Source: Salisapilia sapeloensis CBS 127946
Taxonomy: Eukaryota; Protista; Oomycota
Assembly (NCBI GenBank): GCA_023334545.1
Contig: JAADVB010000011.1
Coordinates: 62,001-126,000, forward strand
Reading direction: 5' to 3'
DNA length: 64,000 nt
Positions 57,404 through 64,000 of this stretch are shown one piece after another (position 1 is the first letter of the stretch; each line of letters opens with the position of its first letter). The notes beneath the pieces are model-generated. The model was given only the letters and a program-made list of their open reading frames with translations, did not search any database and had not been told where the DNA came from. Made by a program: the position numbers and the translations under genes.

Positions 57404-59483
57404 TTAGCCTAATGCCAAATTCCTCCTCAGCAACGTCGAAGCTCCTACAACCAAGAATGCATTGATAAAAGCCCATATATACACGAAATAGTAACTTACA
57501 TCATCAATACAAGTGTGAAGAAGCTCATATGGAACACGGCAGTTCGCAGCAAGTTGATGTAGTAGGTCGATGTAATCTTCTCCTTCTCTGTCATAAATCC
57601 ATTGGCCAGTTAGCAACCTTGCCGTCTTTGTAAATGCACTTTGTTGAGACTCTCCACAACAGACATGTACATCCTCTATGCCGGGAGGAAGAACGAACGG
57701 ATATCGCTTTGCTCGATCAGCGACAAAAGCTGCGATCTTGGTAACTTCGCGAGCTTTGATGATAGTTGGGGCAGGATATATCTTCCAGAGTTTTCTAAAG
57801 TTGAAAAATTCAGGACTGCCCTCATAATCCTTTAAAAATGGATGTTTGAGGGCATCATGGGCTGCTAGCCTTTCATCCGGATCTCGTGTCATGAGTTTGC
57901 TTACAAAATCTCGCAGGTCTGTCGAGAATCTGTTTGGTAAAGGAGGTAACGGGTCGTACATGATCGATTCTTCCAGTCCAAAGAAGCCATCACTAGCCTT
58001 GAATGGATACGCACCCGTGGCAAATTTATACAGAGAAACTCCTAGCGACCAAGTATCACTAACATAGCTATACTCCTGGCCGTGGAGTCGCTCTGGTGAC
58101 ATGTACATGACGGTGCCTTGAAACTCCGACGAAGTAGGTTCTGACTTAGCCAGGGTCATCGCCAGACCAAAATCAGCCACCTGAAAATAAATTGCATTTA
58201 GAATCGTACGAGACTAATATAGAAAATGAAGATTACCTTAAACTGGCCTGCACGATTGATCAGGATATTCGCTGGCTTAATGTCTCGGTGCATCATTCTA
58301 CCACAGCAAAAAATAGAACTCTTGAACCACCTATGATCATAACATCAACGCCAACTTACCTGTTGGAATGCATATACGCTAAAGCTTTCATGCAGCAGAA
58401 TGCACAGTGGCGTAACACAGCTTCGGGTGCTACAAAATGACCGTTGATCAGGTCCTCCATGCTTCCCATGTCCATATACTCCATCACAACGGATAAACTA
58501 TTTCTGGAGGGCGTCACATAAGCTCCGTAAAAGCCCACTAAGTACGGGCTTGTCACGCTTCTTCCTATGAGTCTTTTAAAGTTTGAACGCACGTGGTGCC
58601 ATGAGCCCGTAGTGTGGCTAGCGTAGTTTCTGTTCATATCAATTCTTGCTAGATTTTTATGTAGCGCTTGTAACTCGTTTTTCAACATTTCGCGATCGTT
58701 TTCATTAAACACGTAGACGTCTTTGATTGCTACTAGCTTCATTGATGGAGCATAGAATCCCAATCTGACTGTTCCACCAGCTCCTTTGCCTAACATTCGC
58801 AGTCGAATCGTGTGCTTTCCTAAGTTCGAAGGTCCGTCGCGAGCGACTGTATGAAAATCGACATCCTTCATCGCCTTGACACTCAGCTTAACGCTTGATT
58901 GGCGTCTTCGGGGAGCTGTGCTGTCAACCATCTCATAGTAACTTGTGGACAACTGGTCAGGCTGAATGATGTCGTCGCTACCTTCGGGTGGTCTGATCAT
59001 CACATCATCTTCCTCAATCGGGGACAGATCATTCATTGACATACTATCGATATTAATCTGTAGATTCAATTTCGGTCTGCTTCTTCCAGGCATGCTTGGA
59101 GCCGGGGCTGGAGAAATGGATTCGTTTGTTTCGAGAGGATACACAGGCGCCATTGTCTCCATATCGTCGTTAGATTTGTACAAGTCGTGGCGGTTCATCA
59201 GATGGGAAATGTATTTCAATTTCGTACGTTGGTCCTTCATACGCTGTGTATACTTATTTACTTTGGAATGAAGTTTCTCTCTCATCTGAGCACGATGCGA
59301 AATGCCCTCACTTTTCGACAGAGGACCTACGTAGCCATCGTATTCAATGTCGGAAGTAGGAGCGATAGTTCGAATGTTAGGATTAACCAAAGACATCTCT
59401 GTGCTGACCTTGGCCACCACTTCTTGATATAATGAAATGACTTTAAATAAACTAGAGGTCCGTTCGACAGAATGTCGTTTCAA
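57404..59483 (-). CDS. MAP kinase kinase (STE7/MKK family), 3 exons
   Basis: LGKGAGGTV, VAIKDV, VVMEYMDMGS; spliced middle exon MMHRDIKPANILIN..QFK; then VADFGL, GTVMYMSPERL, YSYVSDTWSLG, FVSKLMTRDPDERL. Confidence 0.92.
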
Positions 59484-59714
59484 GTTTCCAATTTACAAGA
59501 TTACCATTTCCACCAGTCTAATTCTTTTATCCGCTCGCAGTGCCGAGCACTGTCCAGAAAACTAAACTTTGCCCTACTATTGCCATACCGTGGACACTAG
59601 ATGAACGTCTCCCTCGCAAGACTAGGGATGACGTGAACAAAAGCACTGTTCGCTTAGAGTTTCCTCGTATGCGTTTTTATTCGTTTCTTACGCGATTTCC
59701 CGCCATTTAAAGTC

Positions 59715-60975
59715 ATGTCGGACCGACAGCCTCGGACTCGATACTATCTTCACCTCGCCTATTATGGCACCGGTTATCACGGATGGCAACGACAAGGCGG
59801 ACATGGAAATCCTGTCGAAGATGGAAAGTTTGTAAGCGTTCAAGAAGGTGTCGAGGAAGCTGTGACGGCTGCGCTCGAAGCGAATAGCCATGTGAACGTC
59901 ACATGTGTTAGCCGCACCGATGCTGGGACGCACGCTCTTAGCGTACGTTTCTGTCGTCTTATAGTACACAATATATGAACACTAAGGTCCCGTATTTATG
60001 TACAATATCGACAGCAATATGGCGTCATCCAATTGACATATCCTCCGACCATGTCTTTGCCTGAGCTACGTGACCGCATCAACTCCAAGTACAGTCACAA
60101 TTACCTTTAGTCGTCATCCGTCTCGAGTCACCAATCGACTGTGTTATTAAATGTATTTCATGGACATCTAGATTAGATGAAAGGATCAAGGTACATGCGA
60201 TTGGTCGCATGCCCGTAACTAGCTTCCCAAAGCGCATTCGATCCTACTGCAAAAAGTATATCTATTATATACAGCAAGGGCTTCGTCCAGATCTCGATCA
60301 GGGCAAGTACTCGTCCTACATCGGTCGAACGCTCGACGTCTCCAAGATGCGCGAAGCTCTTGGGTGCGTAGCATTAAGAGTTAAATTCTACGCTCATACT
60401 CACCAAATTTGCTTTGTAGATACTTGCAAGGAACTCATGATTTTGGAGCATTCGCTAAAAGCTCTCAACTACCAGAAGGAACGTACATCTCGACGGTTCG
60501 TACCATTAAGGCACTGGACATCAACGTCAAAAGGTAGCTTCCTTTCTATCGAGCAACTTCCATCGTCAAAATGACGTCATGTTACTATAGAAAAGTAAAT
60601 TTCACATTGGACTTGGACACGTGCGGAAGCGGAGAGAGCATGGATGAGAGCGATATATCCACTGAACCTTCGTCTCCGGCGTCAAAACGCCAGAAATTAC
60701 GCGATGGAGTGGACTGGAAACAATCTACCTACTTCATATGCATCGAGCTCACGGCGAATGGTTTCCTTCGTCACATGGTACGAAGGATAGTCGGTACTTT
60801 GCGTTTCATTGGCGAAGGAACACATCCGCCAAGTCGAATGAAGCAGATACTCGACGGAGAAATAAAGACAGACGCAGTCGCGTCTGCACGCGGACTATGG
60901 TTGCATCGTACGTGGCTTACGGAAGAGGACTGGGAGGCCTATGCGAATGAAAATAACATACAGACATTCGAGTAA
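59715..60975 (+). CDS. tRNA pseudouridine synthase, TruA/PUS1 family, multi-exon
   Basis: YYLHLAYYGTGYHGWQRQ, catalytic SRTDAGTHA, FDPT..K.YIY, GTHDF.AF (spliced), IELTANGFLRHMVRRIVG, ASARGLWL. Confidence 0.9.
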
Positions 60976-61098
60976 GAAGCGTTCTGTCTGTCCAAACGAC
61001 GTGTGCAAGCGTATCGACGTAATGCTGAAATTTGGTTCAATTCATGATTATGCAGTGTGAAATTTTAAATCTAACTACTCACTTGCCCCGAATACCGC

Positions 61099-63239
61099 TT
61101 ACTGATAGATCTGTTCAATGAGGGTCGAAAAGTTTTTCAGAACAACTTTCCGCTGCAGTTTAAACACTGACGTCAGTTCTCCTCGGCCGACTGAGAATGC
61201 TCGGTCGAGAATGACGTACTTGTTGACACGCTGGGCGTTGGATAAAGCTCGTTCGTTCGCGCGTGCGAGTCCGTCGTCTATATACTGCCGAATCATCGGA
61301 CACGTCTGTGCTTCTTGAATTGTCGTGGCGGAACTGCCAATTTCCACCAAAATATTCCTCGCGACATCATTCAGCAGTGTTGTTGGCTCCCTAGTCGTCG
61401 GGTTATACTTCACTGGGAGCGTGAGTAGGACAGACAGGAACCGGCGCTTGTCACCCACGAGCATGATGGTCGAAAGCAATGGCATTTCTTCCTTCAGTCT
61501 GTTTTCAATTGGATTTGGAGCGATGTTCTCACCGCCAGACGTCACAATCAGCTCTTTCAACCGTCCAGTGATCGTCACAAAGCCGTCTCGGTCGATATGT
61601 GCGAGGTCTCCCGTTCGATACCATCCGTCGTCACTTATTGCTCTCTCTGTTCCTTCTTCATCATCCAAATAGCCCATCATGACGTTCCGTCCGTTCACCA
61701 TCAACTCGCCAGTGCGTTTGTCTGTCTTGATGTCCGATCCAAGCACTGTCGTGCCAACACTTCCGTACTTCCACTCATTTTTCGTACAAGTAGTCTGTGC
61801 TCCGCTCAATTCGCTGCTGCCATATATATCAAAGATCGGTAGTCCCATGCCCGCAAAGACATGGACCGCATCGGAAGAAGCAGGTGCCGAAGATGTGAGA
61901 CAGGTTATCGCATTGTCAAGTCCAAGCTGCTTCTTTACGCGCCGTAGCACAATGCTTTCGGCGACGGCCTTGCTCCAAAGGCTCCTCTCCTGTTGGCCGT
62001 ACTGGGCTCGACGACACATTTCCTCGCCAACGCCTTTTGCCCATTTAATCACCTTCTTCTCCGCAGAAGAAGCACCGTCGATGATCGTTTCTATCTTGTC
62101 CGCAAGCTTTTCCCATACGCGAGGCACACCAAGAAAGAATACTGGACGCACTTCCAGCATCGTATCCAAGAAAGTTCCAGATAGTGCATCAGGCTGTGCA
62201 AAGTACACTTGCATGCCTCGGCAAAGAGGAATGTATATGTCGAGGATTTGAGCGGCAATATGCGAGAGAGGTAAGTAGCTCATGGATGTCCATGTGGAGT
62301 CGATCTGGCGTTGTGACAATGGCCTGTCGAGTTTCTCGACCAAAGCACGCACTTGCCACGTGACTGTGTCATGCGCAAGCATTGCGCCTTTCGGAGCTCC
62401 CGTGGTGCCTGAAGTGTACATGACCATACAACACTGTGTTGGTTTCTGTTCCCTCATGCGCGCTGTGATCGCACGGTCGTCGTCGGATGTACCGAGTCTC
62501 ATGAACTCTTCATATGTAAATACTGGTGTGTTGAAAACGATATCTTGTGGAGGACTGCCATTGTACACGACAATGGCTTTCAACCTCGGAATGTTGTCCT
62601 TGATTTCGGCAATCTTGCGTACTTGATCCGGCCCGTCACAGACGAGTACCTCACAGTTGGAATGGTTCATGATATATTCACACGCATGTGGCCGGTTCGT
62701 ATGGTAACTAGCACGCAGATGAGTCAACAGATGGATTTACGGTATGTGTAGAGTATGCGTACATGCCAACGGCGACACCTCCGGCGAAGATCGCGCCAAT
62801 GTCCGAGATAAGCCACTCGGGCGCGTTGAAGCCAATGATGTGGACACCGCCGAAGCGTGATAGTCCGATGTGCAGGAGAGATTTGCCGAATGCGACACAA
62901 TTGTCATAATACTGTCGAAACGTTATTGACGACCTATTACATCCGTCAGTAAGCTGTGCATCTCGCAGCAAGAAATCTAGCAAGAAACCATTGTCCGTCT
63001 CGCTTTGCATGGAGCGCGGGCTTGGGCCCATACATCCGAACACGCTCTTCGAACATTTCAATGACCGTCTGTGCCTTCCACGACGTGTTGACCTCCCGAA
63101 GGGTTATCTCTTCATCGATTTTCCAAGTCTGTTTCCCGAAATGATCAGTACAAGGTGCGATTGATGAGACCCGAGTACGAGTTTGGATAGAAGATACCTT
63201 TAGCTTACGCCCAGCGGTGGGTCCTTCGTAGTACCCCAT
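61099..63239 (-). CDS. Second bubblegum-type long-chain fatty acyl-CoA ligase (paralogue), 3 exons; start uncertain
   Basis: Exons join as GQW|SSITFRQYY and AVG I|YHTNRP. Motifs GVHIIGFNAPEW, YTSGTTGAPKG, SYLPLSHIAAQ, GVPRVWEK, IYGSSE, GWYRTGD, GRLKELIVTSGGENIAP. Confidence 0.9.
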
Positions 63240-64000
63240 CTTGGTGAATCCGCTTTGTCCCTTGCCAGCAAATTCACTTGTGTGGTGACAGGTAGAGGAG
63301 GAGGAACGATGTATTGACATAGTCAATGGCGTGCTACAATTGGTAGTATACTAATGAGTTCTAATCAGGGTAATTTTAAACACAGTGCGCTCGCCGAACT
63401 TTTTTTGTCAGAAATCAGCACAAGCATATAGCACTTTGCTATCCCTCGCGTACATGGCGCGCGAAAGTTTTTCCACAAGATACAGAACCCCATGAATCTA
63501 GAAGGCAGAGGAGCTACATTCGACAAGGCACACGTCGAGACGAACCTTCAATAAAAGATCCTCATGCGTACTTGCCTTGTCTCGTGCAAATGCCTCGTCT
63601 GCACCCGTGTCAGGTCGAAAATCAACACGAGCTTCTTTCCGTGCCCTCAGAAGTGGAATCAGTCGTGTTGATTACAGCACGCAGACATCACAGTGACTCA
63701 ACAAGTCAAGCAAGGATCAGAAAAAGAAGAACAAAAGCAATCGCGGAAGGCATGTGCTGTGGACCTAGCATAGAGACAATTCCAAGGAACCTTGCTGGAC
63801 TCTAGTATCTTCTGTACAGGAAGCAGTCAGTCGCGATTCGCGATACACTGAAACTTATGTCGAGCTAGCTTCTTCAATGAACTGGTGCTTTTACGAGCAT
63901 CTGAGCGGATACCCATGTCATCTCGGTTCAGCAACTACGCAAGATGTGACAGGCTGCTGGAGAAAGTGGTGAGTCCCCAGTATCTTCCACCTTGAAGTCT

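Noticed and set aside
43393-60975. Fragmented ORFs for the CDK, WLM protease, MAP2K and TruA suggesting pseudogenes or recoding
   Set aside because: The breaks I traced coincide with short GT-AG introns that restore the frame; no stop-codon reassignment or readthrough is required.
63572-63805. 77-aa ORF near the window end
   Set aside because: Non-ATG start, no motifs and no convincing splice context; cannot be supported.
1-64000. rRNA, tRNA, snRNA genes and CRISPR arrays
   Set aside because: No T-loop/cloverleaf, rRNA or spliceosomal snRNA signature and no repeat-spacer array was seen by eye; tRNAscan-SE and Infernal would be needed to exclude them fully.

Overview
Gene-dense eukaryotic nuclear DNA, most consistent with an oomycete or related flagellated stramenopile. 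Support: short GT-AG introns (about 45-90 nt), a PSTALRE-type CDK, a START-FYVE-GAF protein, an Inr/FPR-like promoter element and the flagellar gene CFAP53. I reconstructed about 23 protein-coding genes by hand; many are split into fragments in the ORF track by introns. In order: multi-TM calpain-like protein with a dead catalytic triad and a WW domain, ATX1 copper chaperone, papain-ML protease, Sec61 alpha, coiled-coil protein, tail-anchored TPR protein, divergent full-length SMC ATPase, DDHD lipase with PH-PH-PX, CFAP53, DDRGK1-like protein, START-FYVE-GAF protein, NDUFA6, PH-SnoaL-AGC kinase, small membrane protein, large coiled-coil protein, LRR/Sfi1-repeat protein, CDK, UBL-WLM-PUB protease, two ACSBG-type acyl-CoA ligases, a giant coiled-coil Zn-finger protein, a MAP2K and a TruA. 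I saw no rRNA, tRNA, CRISPR array or recognisable transposon. The best novelty candidates are the hard-to-classify SMC, the membrane pseudo-calpain, and two unusual domain fusions (PH-SnoaL-AGC kinase; HHD-like-DDHD-PH-PH-PX lipase). Domain calls come from motif recognition, not database searches, and exon boundaries are manual predictions.
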